The notes under the pieces are model-generated. The model had not been told where the DNA came from. It did no database searches and saw only the letters and a list, made by a program, of their open reading frames with translations. Below are positions 1 through 9,543 of a stretch of DNA of 64,000 nt, in pieces; within the stretch, counting starts at the first letter, position 1; every line of letters starts with the position of its first letter. This DNA is from a virus. The translations under genes were made by a program, and so were the position numbers. The stretch spans positions 64,001-128,000 of IMG/VR virus record IMGVR_UViG_3300045738_001212; one strand, 5' to 3'.

Positions 1-422
1 GACAAATATGGTTTTCCCTCACAAAGTTCTGTCGCCATTGCAATTGCTCCGTCAGCGTATTTTCTTGCGAGTCTTGATTCGGTTGCTCTTTCTTCTTCGG
101 TAAGTTCTTCGCCTTCTACTCCAATGTCCACCTCGTAGTAGAATCTTAATTCGCCGAATTTTATTTTTACTTGTTTCGCAATGAACTTGGGTTTAATTAT
201 CTTGCCACCCCCAAGTCCCACTCTATATGGATTAGTTAGGACATGACTTAATTTGTCAATTACTGGCAACCAATCTTCGGGTACATCCAAGCCCCAATGC
301 ATACAAGACTTGTAGTAGTAGGCCCAAGCTCGGGAACTGTAGGCCTCAGCGTAATCCGGCTTTAGCCCTATGGCTTCCCGATAGAGGCTGGGGTATTTTT
401 CTAGTATTTCTTGTTTTTCCAT
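1..422 (-). CDS. hypothetical phage protein, truncated by the window edge
   Basis: ATG at 420-422, frame open to position 1 (MEKQEILEKYP...QVKIKFGELRFYY); not in the ORF track. Confidence 0.6.
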   Translation of the reverse strand, partial: MEKQEILEKYPSLYREAIGLKPDYAEAYSSRAWAYYYKSCMHWGLDVPEDWLPVIDKLSHVLTNPYRVGLGGGKIIKPKFIAKQVKIKFGELRFYYEVDIGVEGEELTEEERATESRLARKYADGAIAMATELCEGKPYL

Positions 423-456
423 TTTGTCCCAACTGTAAAGGAATCCTTGTCAGTTG

Positions 457-1059
457 CTAATCCCACAAATTTAAATAATATTTACCAAACAAGTCCAGCC
501 CCTCTTGAGTTCTCTTGCCGTGCTTGTCGCATAGTGTCCAATCCCACTTTCTCTTATCCAATCCATCATACGCAACGCTACCATCGCTATAAGTGGTCTT
601 CTTGTGCCTTTCGTCATAGTCCTTGGGCTTAATTGGCTCAATTGGGTCATCCCAGTGCTTGAACGACCAAATCATTTTATCTAAAGTTCTCTCCCATTTA
701 CGCATGGCCCTGTCCATAGCTAACGCGCTCTCATTTCTGCTTAATTCAGAGTCGGCTGCATGGTCATAATCCTTTTCAAACATCTCGCTAGGACAACCGT
801 TAAGATTATTTCGGAGGTACTTCAAGCGGGGCAAAACCGTCTTTGAGTGCCAACTATGAAAGTTCCACGCCTGTTCATGTGGGAAGCCCGTTTGCCAAGT
901 CTGACGTTTATTACGCCACCAACCCGCAATCACTTCATACTTCCAGTAGAATCGCCACCAGACTCTTGTGTACCAAGGAGTCTTTGCCCTATCGGCAATA
1001 TCTTCCATGAATCGTCCAACGATTTCTTCTTTTATGATTGTTCTTTCTTCTTTACTCAT
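457..1059 (-). CDS. hypothetical phage protein
   Basis: ORF 457-1179; start moved to MSKEER at 1059, which overlaps the upstream stop. Confidence 0.65.
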   Translation of the reverse strand: MSKEERTIIKEEIVGRFMEDIADRAKTPWYTRVWWRFYWKYEVIAGWWRNKRQTWQTGFPHEQAWNFHSWHSKTVLPRLKYLRNNLNGCPSEMFEKDYDHAADSELSRNESALAMDRAMRKWERTLDKMIWSFKHWDDPIEPIKPKDYDERHKKTTYSDGSVAYDGLDKRKWDWTLCDKHGKRTQEGLDLFGKYYLNLWD

Positions 1060-1342
1060 CGCTTGTCTTATGCTTGTCTTTCGCTCCACAGCACTCCGGT
1101 GACGGAGTAACGGTTTCTTCAGGGGTTTCCCTCTGTAACCCAAGTTGCCACGCAAGTTCTTCATCGAGGTATTTTGCAATGCTCTCGTTGTGAAATCCCC
1201 ACGCTTGCAGAGCTTTCACTACTTGCCCCATTGTCTCACCAATATCCAAGTCGTCGTTGGTAATACTTATGCTTACCTTCGAGTGCATAGTGTCCGCACT
1301 TAAGCGAGACTGATCTTCGGTTGGTTCAATTGTTATTTTCAT
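1052..1342 (-). CDS. hypothetical protein
   Basis: ORF tiled with neighbours, GGAG upstream. Confidence 0.6.
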   Translation of the reverse strand: MKITIEPTEDQSRLSADTMHSKVSISITNDDLDIGETMGQVVKALQAWGFHNESIAKYLDEELAWQLGLQRETPEETVTPSPECCGAKDKHKTSDE

Positions 1343-1716
1343 TATACTCCCCCGTGCTCATGGGTTATGTCCTTTTCTAAAGCTGGGTCGAGGGACACGG
1401 CTTTCAGGAGAGCGGCCTCATCTTCGGACTCCTTGTCTATCTCCCTTACCCACGTCGTAACATCGTCATGTTCTTCTTGAATCCACAGGGCAAGTTCTAT
1501 GGCTTTTTCTTTATTTAGAATAACTTCGTCTTCGAAGTAATTGCCTTTGATTAGCACCATCCAGCACAGTCTCAGTCGCATCCACCAAGATAATTTGATG
1601 GGATTGATGCCCTGACGCCAATAGCTAAAGTACATCTCTTCCTCACCGTCGAACTTGGTAATGAGCATACCTTCGCCCCAACAGTCACACTTTATGAATT
1701 TTTCTCTGTCCGCCAT
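1342..1716 (-). CDS. hypothetical protein
   Basis: ORF downstream of a TTGACA-17-TACCCT promoter-like site. Confidence 0.6.
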   Translation of the reverse strand: MADREKFIKCDCWGEGMLITKFDGEEEMYFSYWRQGINPIKLSWWMRLRLCWMVLIKGNYFEDEVILNKEKAIELALWIQEEHDDVTTWVREIDKESEDEAALLKAVSLDPALEKDITHEHGGV

Positions 1717-1771
1717 CTAAATAGGGTAACAGAATTCTTCAGACGTGTCAAGCTTAAATCGACCACTTTAC

Positions 1772-2197
1772 TCATAATTCTAATTGCCGTTTTAACTCTC
1801 GCCAACCGTCCTTTACGTTTCGATCTGTATTCATCTCGTGGTTTGGAGCCCCGTCTTCAAAATCTTCTACATGATGTTCTTTTCTTAGCCTCCTGTTCGA
1901 TCTTAGTAAAATTTCTATTATTTGTCCCTTATTATTGCTTCTTAATTCTTTTCGCAGATGCTCATAAGGGTTTACTAAGCACATAACTACATGAGCACTT
2001 TTTTTGTTTAAATAGGTCGCCACAGCGTTTGCGTTTCTTATATTTTCTTCACGACCTTCTCTGCCGTAGTTTATATTCGTAAACATTTCTCGAAACTCGT
2101 CTCCATCAATGACGAATGGAGTTTGAAGACGTTCCGCTAATAGCTTACCCAAGGTCGTTTTGCCCGACCCCGGTTGCCCATACAACAGATAGATCAC
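1772..2197 (-). CDS. adenylylsulfate kinase-like P-loop kinase
   Basis: GQPGSGKTT Walker A, IDGDEFR and REENIR motifs typical of the CysC family. Confidence 0.75.
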   Translation of the reverse strand: MIYLLYGQPGSGKTTLGKLLAERLQTPFVIDGDEFREMFTNINYGREGREENIRNANAVATYLNKKSAHVVMCLVNPYEHLRKELRSNNKGQIIEILLRSNRRLRKEHHVEDFEDGAPNHEMNTDRNVKDGWRELKRQLEL

Positions 2198-2200
2198 CTG

Positions 2201-2275
2201 TTATTTGCCCTTTTTCTTCTTCTCTTTTTTGGGCTTCTTTTTTTCTCTTTTTGGTTTTGCTTTATCTCTTCCCAT
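2201..2275 (-). CDS. 24-aa Lys-rich micropeptide MGRDKAKPKREKKKPKKEKKKKGK
   Basis: AAGGAG RBS then ATG; fills the gap between flanking genes. Confidence 0.55.
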   Translation of the reverse strand: MGRDKAKPKREKKKPKKEKKKKGK

Positions 2276-2287
2276 GATGTTTCTCCT

Positions 2288-2653
2288 TTATTTTACAAAT
2301 CTATCTACATTATATCCACTATCTTCAACAGCTTTTATGATGCGCGTCTTGTCGTGTTTTTTGATACCTTTGGGGTCAATGCGCGGATGTATTTCATATA
2401 TTAAAACCAAGCCAGTTTTATAATTAACATGTATTGATTTAATAAAGGACAATTTCATCAATCCCTTTTTCAGTCCAACCGCGCAAGATGGACACACCAA
2501 CCCCTTTACGTAAACTTTATATGCGAGTATGGAATCAATTTCACCAGTCACCGATATCGGACCCAAGGGGTGTAGCTCTGGGCGTGATTGCTGTTGGGTT
2601 GACGGACAACCCGCCACAAAAACTGCCGCAATTAATAATAGTAATTTTTTCAT
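2288..2653 (-). CDS. lipoprotein with heavy-metal-associated (HMA) domain
   Basis: signal peptide with lipobox FVAGC; GLVCPSCA metal-binding motif. Confidence 0.75.
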   Translation of the reverse strand: MKKLLLLIAAVFVAGCPSTQQQSRPELHPLGPISVTGEIDSILAYKVYVKGLVCPSCAVGLKKGLMKLSFIKSIHVNYKTGLVLIYEIHPRIDPKGIKKHDKTRIIKAVEDSGYNVDRFVK

Positions 2654-2843
2654 TTAATAGTGTCCTCCCTCGCATCCTTCATCGGGTATATTATGTAAAT
2701 TATTTTTTGGGTCTTGTTTCCCCCACATTTCAGCAAACCCCTTAAAGAACAAGTAGGCGATTAACCCCCACAAAGAAGCAGCTATACAAATCAGAGTCCA
2801 TTTGATAATTCCTATTTCTTTTAATAATTCTTCCCACATAATT

Positions 2844-3152
2844 TTAATATATTTTAGTTTTTGTAAAGGTTCCATCGTCTTCCAGCACCCAAACTACATC
2901 TCCTTCTCCACAGTCTTTAGTTAATTTTATTTCGTATTCGCCCTTCTCGTTTATAATTCCTACTGTTTTCGTGCAGTGCCGTAAATATTCTGCCTTTGCT
3001 GTCCTTATGCCTTCGTTTACCGTTCCCTCTTTTAATTTCTTTTCCGTTATTTTTTTAGCCTTGGGCTTCTTCTTGGTCTTGGCGGGTTCTTTCTTCTTTA
3101 GGCTACCTACTATACCTACTCCTAAATTTTTATGTTCTCCGGTGTCTTTCAT
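2844..3152 (-). CDS. hypothetical basic protein
   Basis: ORF tiled in operon. Confidence 0.5.
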   Translation of the reverse strand: MKDTGEHKNLGVGIVGSLKKKEPAKTKKKPKAKKITEKKLKEGTVNEGIRTAKAEYLRHCTKTVGIINEKGEYEIKLTKDCGEGDVVWVLEDDGTFTKTKIY

Positions 3153-3159
3153 TTGTGGT

Positions 3160-3390
3160 TCATCCGTCGTCTCCTATAGCGTCAACTGGGCAACCGTTCA
3201 TGGCCTCGGCGCACAAAGCTTCTTCTTCCTCGTTCTCGGGTTGTTTGTAGACGAACGAATAGCCGCCGTCTTCATTACGTTTATAATTGTCCGGGGCCGT
3301 TTCGCGGCACAGGTCGCAGTCGATACACTCGGTATCGCAGTAATATTTCCCCGCAACGTTATCTTCGTATTTGTCCTCTTTGAATGCCAT
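3160..3390 (-). CDS. ferredoxin (single 4Fe-4S/3Fe-4S cluster type)
   Basis: CIDCDLC...CPVDAI motif, acidic 76 aa. Confidence 0.9.
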   Translation of the reverse strand: MAFKEDKYEDNVAGKYYCDTECIDCDLCRETAPDNYKRNEDGGYSFVYKQPENEEEEALCAEAMNGCPVDAIGDDG

Positions 3391-3391
3391 A

Positions 3392-3991
3392 TTATTCTCC
3401 TAACGGATTCAGCAAGCTCGCTGGTAATTCATTGATTTCTACCACTTTTCCGTTCTCGTCTGTCCTAAAGCGGAAGGCTGTTTTCTCGTCGCCCGTTGCG
3501 TTAAAAATTTTTTTCTTTAATACTATTTCTTTGTAAGGCTTAATTCTTATTAGCGTTATCGTCGCCTCTATAGGTTTTTTGTCTTTCTTGGAGTAGACGT
3601 GGACATTAACAATGTTGTCTCCCTGCACTGCCCCGCGAAAAGCCACAATTTCCTCATTGAACCCAATTATCTTGCCTTTCTCATCTTTTGCTAGGCTGTT
3701 ATTCCTAGACTTACCAAGGGCATCATGATTCAAACTAATCAAGCTACCCTCTCCTCCTTCCCTGTTATTAAAGCTTACGACATGCCCCGACGCTGCTTGC
3801 ACATAAAGGTCTAGGTCATCCTCACTGTCCCCAGCCCACGTTAATGTCACTTCGTATAGAGTATTCGGAGGGCGCGTCTTCGTCTTCTCTTCCTCGTTTT
3901 TAAGTAAGAAAAGAATAGCTACCAACATCAACAAGCAACAAAAAAGCACATCGATGAATGGCCTAAATGAAAAATATCTTCTAATCGTCAT
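3392..3991 (-). CDS. ExbD/MotB-like membrane anchor fused to a YfaP/DUF2135-like domain
   Basis: N-terminal PFIDVLF TM helix with Asp; LTW..DLDLYV motif. Confidence 0.6.
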   Translation of the reverse strand: MTIRRYFSFRPFIDVLFCCLLMLVAILFLLKNEEEKTKTRPPNTLYEVTLTWAGDSEDDLDLYVQAASGHVVSFNNREGGEGSLISLNHDALGKSRNNSLAKDEKGKIIGFNEEIVAFRGAVQGDNIVNVHVYSKKDKKPIEATITLIRIKPYKEIVLKKKIFNATGDEKTAFRFRTDENGKVVEINELPASLLNPLGE

Positions 3992-4466
3992 GCTCTAACT
4001 TAGACTTTAAAATCATTAGCTGCACTTGAAGTGGCAAACTAAAGACTATACCACAAATAGTGGTATAAAATGCAGTATTTAAACCGATCTTAAGTCCGGC
4101 CACTATGCTACTTACAGACGCTTCCTCGTTAAGATTAGTAGCTGTAGCTAAACACAGCCCAAAGACCGTACCCAGCAAACCGAGGGAAAAGAAATGCTCG
4201 GCAGCAAACCAACCCACATCTGAACGAGCAATCAATTTCGCTCTGTCGTCCTTTTCTCCGATTGTGCTTCCGCTCCCTATCCTGTCGGCTAGATAGCATA
4301 GCCTTCCCACTAAACCAGAAACAGCCACATACAGGGTCATTATCACGATACTCAAGTAACTAACGTCACCCTTGATCATTAATGAAACAACCCCCTTTGT
4401 CTCAGCAAAGAAAATTGCCGTTAACATAACGGCGTTTAACAAGAACCATTTTACAAAAGTAGTCAT
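3981..4466 (-). CDS. MotA/TolQ/ExbB proton channel family protein
   Basis: LGLLGTVFG...GLNTAFYTTICG helix pair. Confidence 0.8.
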   Translation of the reverse strand: MTTFVKWFLLNAVMLTAIFFAETKGVVSLMIKGDVSYLSIVIMTLYVAVSGLVGRLCYLADRIGSGSTIGEKDDRAKLIARSDVGWFAAEHFFSLGLLGTVFGLCLATATNLNEEASVSSIVAGLKIGLNTAFYTTICGIVFSLPLQVQLMILKSKLEHDD

Positions 4467-4651
4467 TTGTTTCCCTCCCCTTTGTCGAAAAAGTCTATCT
4501 CTATTTCGCCTTTAGCTTTTTTCCATTTTGAGTGACAGACCGCTGCCCTTTGCTTCGGGTCTGCGAATTCTTTTCTCATTACTGGATCGCTCATGCATTT
4601 GCTTATGAAACCCTTTTGGTCTTGGTTTCCCTTCGGTGACGGTAATGGCAT
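4463..4651 (-). CDS. small hypothetical phage protein
   Basis: ORF with FISKCM...QRAAVC pattern, tiled in operon. Confidence 0.5.
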   Translation of the reverse strand: MPLPSPKGNQDQKGFISKCMSDPVMRKEFADPKQRAAVCHSKWKKAKGEIEIDFFDKGEGNK

Positions 4652-4652
4652 T

Positions 4653-5048
4653 TTATAGTTCCTCTATTCTTTTAGATTTGTCATCTATGATTAAATCACA
4701 AGCTGGCTTGATATACTTACCCTTGGAACCTGTCGATAAATCATGAAATTTACAACCCCAAGATTCCAACTGCCCCCAAGTAAATTCATAATAACACCTC
4801 TCTAGTGCTCTAGATTTCTTAGAACCACCCCTAGCGGTCCAATAGATAACGTACCAACCTTCGTCATATAGTTTGTTTATTTTTGCAATATTAGCCGTGT
4901 GCCCAATGGCTTTATCATATCTTCTTTCGCCCTCATAAAAACATATCGTTTCGTCTACGTCTACCAATACGACCCGTCTATCATCAGAAGAAAGCTTCTT
5001 CGACTCATGGAATTCTGCGTTTTCGGTGCTCTTCGGGTGTTCTGTCAT
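4653..5048 (-). CDS. HAD-superfamily phosphatase (capsule-biosynthesis phosphatase-like)
   Basis: DVDETI motif I, WTARG motif II, KP..IIDDK. Confidence 0.8.
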   Translation of the reverse strand: MTEHPKSTENAEFHESKKLSSDDRRVVLVDVDETICFYEGERRYDKAIGHTANIAKINKLYDEGWYVIYWTARGGSKKSRALERCYYEFTWGQLESWGCKFHDLSTGSKGKYIKPACDLIIDDKSKRIEEL

Positions 5049-5155
5049 TTTTCTCTCCTCTTTCCACGTTTTTCATAATGCTAAGGCAATTATTTAACAT
5101 ACCCCAACATAAAAAAGCGACTACCACGGCTACTACGAAAAGAACAATCTCCATC

Positions 5156-5470
5156 TTATTCATCCTTACGCTTGAACTTTTTCATTCCATACCTTACAGC
5201 CAACAAGACCGCTAAAGTAACGACGCAATACCAGAGTAAATTCCCCACTGTTTCTGCTGTGATAGGCGGATTGTTCGAGACGGGAAGCTTTATCACCTTA
5301 CCATTTTCGTCAACGACAGGCTCGGATTTTGTTTCGTTTTCCTTTTTCAAACCTATCGCTTCGCCAATGTCTTCCCCAACTGATTTTGCAATCGTATAGG
5401 GAAGCTTTATGATCTTGCACCCAGATAAACAAATCAAAATACAAAATAAATATACACCTACATTTTTCAT
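5156..5470 (-). CDS. lipoprotein with C-terminal TM helix
   Basis: lipobox CLSGC; hydrophobic C-terminus. Confidence 0.6.
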   Translation of the reverse strand: MKNVGVYLFCILICLSGCKIIKLPYTIAKSVGEDIGEAIGLKKENETKSEPVVDENGKVIKLPVSNNPPITAETVGNLLWYCVVTLAVLLAVRYGMKKFKRKDE

Positions 5471-6948
5471 TTCATTCCTTGCGGGAAGCTCAACCCCTCT
5501 CCGTGATTAATAGTCCAACTAATTTCATGAGTTACGGCTCTAAATGTTCTAGCCGCACTTGGAAAACCGTTACCTGATTTCTTTACGCCACCGAAAGCTA
5601 GGTGAGATTCCGCAGCGATAGAGCCACCGTTCCAATAGATCATCCCAGCGTCACATTCGTCTCGCATGATTCTGGCTTTCTTAAAGTCTTCCGTCACAAC
5701 CCCGAGAGCTAATCCATAATCAGTATCATTATAGATTCTCATGGCGTCACCAATGTCTCCGAATGGAACTATCGCTATGTGAGGACCAAACACTTCTTCC
5801 TTCAAATAAGGGACATCTCTCCACTCCGTCCCATAGATGGTCGGGCTCATAAAGAAACCCTTTGAGCCTATCCTTCCTCCCTCCCTCATTAATGTTGCCT
5901 TCGGGTCGCGGACTACCATTTCGTTATACGCTTTAACTTTCTCCATTCCCTGCCTGTTAATTAGCGGGCCGTAATAAATGCTTGCGTCAGGCTTTCCGTT
6001 AGGTAAGAAAGGGTTGCCCGTTTTGACTTTATCGACTTCAGAAACAAACCTCTTAGCAAATTCATCAGCAATTCCCTGCTGGACAATAAGCCTTCCAGAA
6101 GAAACGCATCTCTGACCTGAAAGTTTCAACGCGCTTGATAAACACGCATCTAAAGCTAAGTCCATATTGGCATCATCGAATACGACAACGGCACTTTTAC
6201 TTCCCATCTCGCAAGAAGTTGTCTTGTGCCAGCTTTCGGCTGCCACTTTCCTAATGTGTTGTCCTACTTCCGCGCTCCCAGTAAAACAAATGTGATCAAC
6301 GTCTGCGTGAACAAGGGCGTCACCAGCTTCACCCTCTCCATGAATAACATTAAAAACCCCATCGGGTATCCCAGCTTCATTATATATCTCAGCACACAAC
6401 TGGCTCGAATAGGGAGCGTCCTCGCTTGGTTTTAAAACGACAGTGTTACCTTCTACTATGGCAGGAGCAGCGCACCAAAACCCCCCTATGGCTACGGGAA
6501 AATTAAAAGGACTAATAATTGCGATAACTCCTTTAGGCTTACGCAACATATAACTATCTTTTTCCGCCAATTCAGAAGCTAACGCTTCGCCTTGTGGCGT
6601 CCTCCCTGAGCCAAAGGTGTACTGAGCCATATGAATAGCTTCATTAATCTCCGCGATGCTTTCGTTAAAATTTTTGCCTGTTTCCAAAGATATAGCCTCG
6701 GCGACTTCCCAAGTCCTTCTCCCAAGTATTGCAGCTACCCTAAGCATGTATTCGGCACGTTCTATTCGGCTGACCCTCTTCCACTTCTCAAAAGCTTCCC
6801 GAGCAACGCCTACCGCTCTGTTAACTACGTCCTCTGAAGACTTTGGAAACAACCCCAGTACTTCTTCTGTCGCGGGATTTATGTTTTCATAGTTCTCGGA
6901 TTCCTCCTCAAACTGCCCATTGATATAATTTTTTCCGTTCCAGATCAT
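5467..6948 (-). CDS. aldehyde dehydrogenase
   Basis: SPFNFP, KPSE, FTGSAEVG, EMGSK, GQRC, EEVFGP, FGGVKKSG. Confidence 0.95.
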   Translation of the reverse strand: MIWNGKNYINGQFEEESENYENINPATEEVLGLFPKSSEDVVNRAVGVAREAFEKWKRVSRIERAEYMLRVAAILGRRTWEVAEAISLETGKNFNESIAEINEAIHMAQYTFGSGRTPQGEALASELAEKDSYMLRKPKGVIAIISPFNFPVAIGGFWCAAPAIVEGNTVVLKPSEDAPYSSQLCAEIYNEAGIPDGVFNVIHGEGEAGDALVHADVDHICFTGSAEVGQHIRKVAAESWHKTTSCEMGSKSAVVVFDDANMDLALDACLSSALKLSGQRCVSSGRLIVQQGIADEFAKRFVSEVDKVKTGNPFLPNGKPDASIYYGPLINRQGMEKVKAYNEMVVRDPKATLMREGGRIGSKGFFMSPTIYGTEWRDVPYLKEEVFGPHIAIVPFGDIGDAMRIYNDTDYGLALGVVTEDFKKARIMRDECDAGMIYWNGGSIAAESHLAFGGVKKSGNGFPSAARTFRAVTHEISWTINHGEGLSFPQGMK

Positions 6949-6950
6949 TA

Positions 6951-7520
6951 TTATTTTCCTTTTGTGCTCTTCATGAGCTTCTTAACGCTATCTCTACAAA
7001 AGCCATCACCTTCTCTGCTGATAAGCTCGTAAACTACCCCAGTCAATTCGCTAGGTTTGGTAAATACTTGCACTAGATTGGGAGATTCACAAGTAATAGG
7101 TTCCTCAGAATAAAATTCAGCGAACCCTTCTTTTTCCCACTTGCTCATAACGGCTTCTACGTCATCTGTTTGATAAGCTATATGATGTACGCCGCCCACG
7201 CCTCCTCTTTCCGCTACCCAATCATCTACGATAGAACCAATAGACCCATCACTAACAAAAATCTCAGGTGGAGCGTGATACGAATGAAATTCGACTTCCA
7301 CATCCATCGGTGTCGTAGGCCGATCCGCCAATAATATATCCCACTCTCCCGTGTCGATAGGGCGATCCTCCGGTGGAAGCAAGGCTAAACAATCGGCTGT
7401 AGAATCATCTTCAAACTTTATCTGAAACTCCGTCCCAACCGAATAACCGAAAGCTTTTTCAAAAAAAACAGCAGTTTTACGCCTATTTTTCACTCGGTAC
7501 GCGATATGGTCGAGTCTCAT
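6951..7520 (-). CDS. VOC (glyoxalase/HPPD-like) metalloprotein
   Basis: LDHIAY, GGVHHIAY, QVFTKP...YELISR.G. Confidence 0.8.
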   Translation of the reverse strand: MRLDHIAYRVKNRRKTAVFFEKAFGYSVGTEFQIKFEDDSTADCLALLPPEDRPIDTGEWDILLADRPTTPMDVEVEFHSYHAPPEIFVSDGSIGSIVDDWVAERGGVGGVHHIAYQTDDVEAVMSKWEKEGFAEFYSEEPITCESPNLVQVFTKPSELTGVVYELISREGDGFCRDSVKKLMKSTKGK

Positions 7521-7605
7521 ACTTATTATATTAGTCTCACTTTCGTTTTCTACTTAGAAATAGCCAACTCCCTAAAGTATTATAGGTATACCTTCGGGGA
7601 AAGGA

Positions 7606-7947
7606 ATGAAAAGGAATCCTTGGAAAAAACTGCTGAGAAAAGTGGAGCTATGCGGTAGTGCGAAAGCAAATAGATCGCGGATAAAAGACGTGACAATCAC
7701 AGAGGAAGACCTCAAAGAGCAATTCCTAGCTCAAAATGGCTGTTGTTACTGGTTCGAAATCCCAATTGATATCGATGACGTATATACGTCTAACAATCCT
7801 ATGGCCCCTTCCGTGGATAGAATCGATAACGACAGAGACTATCACAAAGACAACATTGTTATCTGCACCATCTTCGCGAACATGGGGCGCGGCAAATGCG
7901 AGTTCGAAAAATTTAAAAAAATTATCCAATCACTCCGATGGAACTAA
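7606..7947 (+). CDS. HNH-like endonuclease
   Basis: QNGCCY..SVDRIDN..Y.KDNIV.C...N motif. Confidence 0.7.
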   Translation: MKRNPWKKLLRKVELCGSAKANRSRIKDVTITEEDLKEQFLAQNGCCYWFEIPIDIDDVYTSNNPMAPSVDRIDNDRDYHKDNIVICTIFANMGRGKCEFEKFKKIIQSLRWN

Positions 7948-8489
7948 AAGGAAAAAAATCCAGAAATATTATTAACGTTCTTTGGCTCATCGCTATATTG
8001 CTATTTGTTATTTGGGCTATGATAGGACACAGATACCGCTTCACCCACAACAGAGGAGAAAGCATGGAACCTGCTCACTCTGATGGCGAGTGGATGATTG
8101 TCGAAAAAAGAAACAGGTTGCCGAAAGACTGGACGCCCGATAGATATGATGTCGTCGTTATTGAAAACAGGGGGGAGAAAGAGAACCTTGTCAAAAGAGT
8201 GATAGGCTTACCCGACGATACAATAGAAATTAAAAAAGGATATATTTTTCTAAATGGAAAAAAATTAGAAGACCCCTACGGGAACAACCAAAGGCTGTCC
8301 TTTTTTTTGACTGACGAAAATGGAAAAGATTTACACTACTGGGGCACAAAAGAGAAAGTGATCCAATACGTAAACCAAAAACGAATCACCATAAGCAAGG
8401 GATTCGTCTGGGTTATTGGAGACAACAGAGCCATTTCTTGGTTTGGTGAACTACCCCTAGTCGATATTAAGGGACTGGTAGTCCTCTAA
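7938..8489 (+). CDS. lepB: signal peptidase I
   Basis: N-terminal TM, GESMEP (Ser), VKRVIGLP (Lys), GDNR. Confidence 0.9.
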   Translation: MELKGKKSRNIINVLWLIAILLFVIWAMIGHRYRFTHNRGESMEPAHSDGEWMIVEKRNRLPKDWTPDRYDVVVIENRGEKENLVKRVIGLPDDTIEIKKGYIFLNGKKLEDPYGNNQRLSFFLTDENGKDLHYWGTKEKVIQYVNQKRITISKGFVWVIGDNRAISWFGELPLVDIKGLVVL

Positions 8490-9154
8490 TCGGTCTTCGG
8501 CTGTGGTCCTCTAGACATAAGGCTCCAAGAAAAATATATGTTTTCAGTCATCTCTTTCGAGAAGGTCGCTTGATACTGAAGCCAAGCGGGAAACACCATG
8601 ACTTTCCCTTCTTTAAGGTCCATCGAAAAAGCGTCAGAATTAAAAATATTAGGTGAAGCGACAGGAGGCTTGATTATCCACGCTTGGGGTCTGGGGTCAT
8701 AAAACGTGACTTTACCTCCTGTTCCCTTCAAGCAATAAATGCCCGCCAACAAGTTATTCGGGCGCATTTCCATCGGGGAAAACTCAGGCTCCTTGACTTT
8801 ATATCCCTTCAGCGATGTCACCATCAAGCTTTCGAAACGAATTCCCACAAACCCAAGCACCCTCTGGGCACTTTCCGAAAGAACATGAGCCAAGGGTTTG
8901 TACTCTTCGAAAGTCTGAAGATTAAAATCGGTAGTCCAATTCGGAGAGTCTTTGGCTCTCATCTTTTCCAAGCTCTCGGGTAAAGAAGAATCCAATTTCT
9001 CCTTCTCTTCCTTGTTGAACTCAAATTCGAAAAGATTCGTCGGGAATATCGGAAAATGCTTTTTGTCCTCAAAAATGGTATCTTCATCTGGTTTTGGAGG
9101 CTCGACGGCTTTCATGGGTTTGATCTCTTCTGGTGCTATTTCTTCAGTATTCAT
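8486..9154 (-). CDS. 2OG-Fe(II) oxygenase-like protein (TIGR02466-like), iron ligands apparently lost
   Basis: IFPT, PNN.LAGIY, F.DPRP, G..MVFPAWL motifs but no His at the expected positions. Confidence 0.65.
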   Translation of the reverse strand: MNTEEIAPEEIKPMKAVEPPKPDEDTIFEDKKHFPIFPTNLFEFEFNKEEKEKLDSSLPESLEKMRAKDSPNWTTDFNLQTFEEYKPLAHVLSESAQRVLGFVGIRFESLMVTSLKGYKVKEPEFSPMEMRPNNLLAGIYCLKGTGGKVTFYDPRPQAWIIKPPVASPNIFNSDAFSMDLKEGKVMVFPAWLQYQATFSKEMTENIYFSWSLMSRGPQPKTD

Positions 9155-9543
9155 TTGTATGCCTTATTTTTCCGCCCTTTATTTCTCTTTTTTTGATGTT
9201 TTTTATACTTCTCTATGCGATCATACACCTCTTGATCTTCGGTTTCATACTCAGGAAACAAAAGGCCAAACGTGTCGCAATATTTTATAAACCAATCCAC
9301 GCACTCATGCAAGACTAAATTGGTATGATTTAACATCAACTTAACTGGGACATGGCTCTTGGAAATGGTACTAATCATCTGATCTGCGGCGTTAATGTTC
9401 ACGAAGTCCTTCGTGAAAACAAAACCGTCATTACTGACAGACAAAACGTAATCCTTCGGATAAATACGCATATTCCAAACGCAATCATTAACTAAGTCTA
9501 CGCTGCCCCTGATCTTCTTCTTCTTATCCGAGGATTTCCGCAA
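9151..9543 (-). CDS. hypothetical protein
   Basis: ORF tiled in operon. Confidence 0.55.
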   Translation of the reverse strand: MRKSSDKKKKIRGSVDLVNDCVWNMRIYPKDYVLSVSNDGFVFTKDFVNINAADQMISTISKSHVPVKLMLNHTNLVLHECVDWFIKYCDTFGLLFPEYETEDQEVYDRIEKYKKHQKKRNKGRKNKAYK

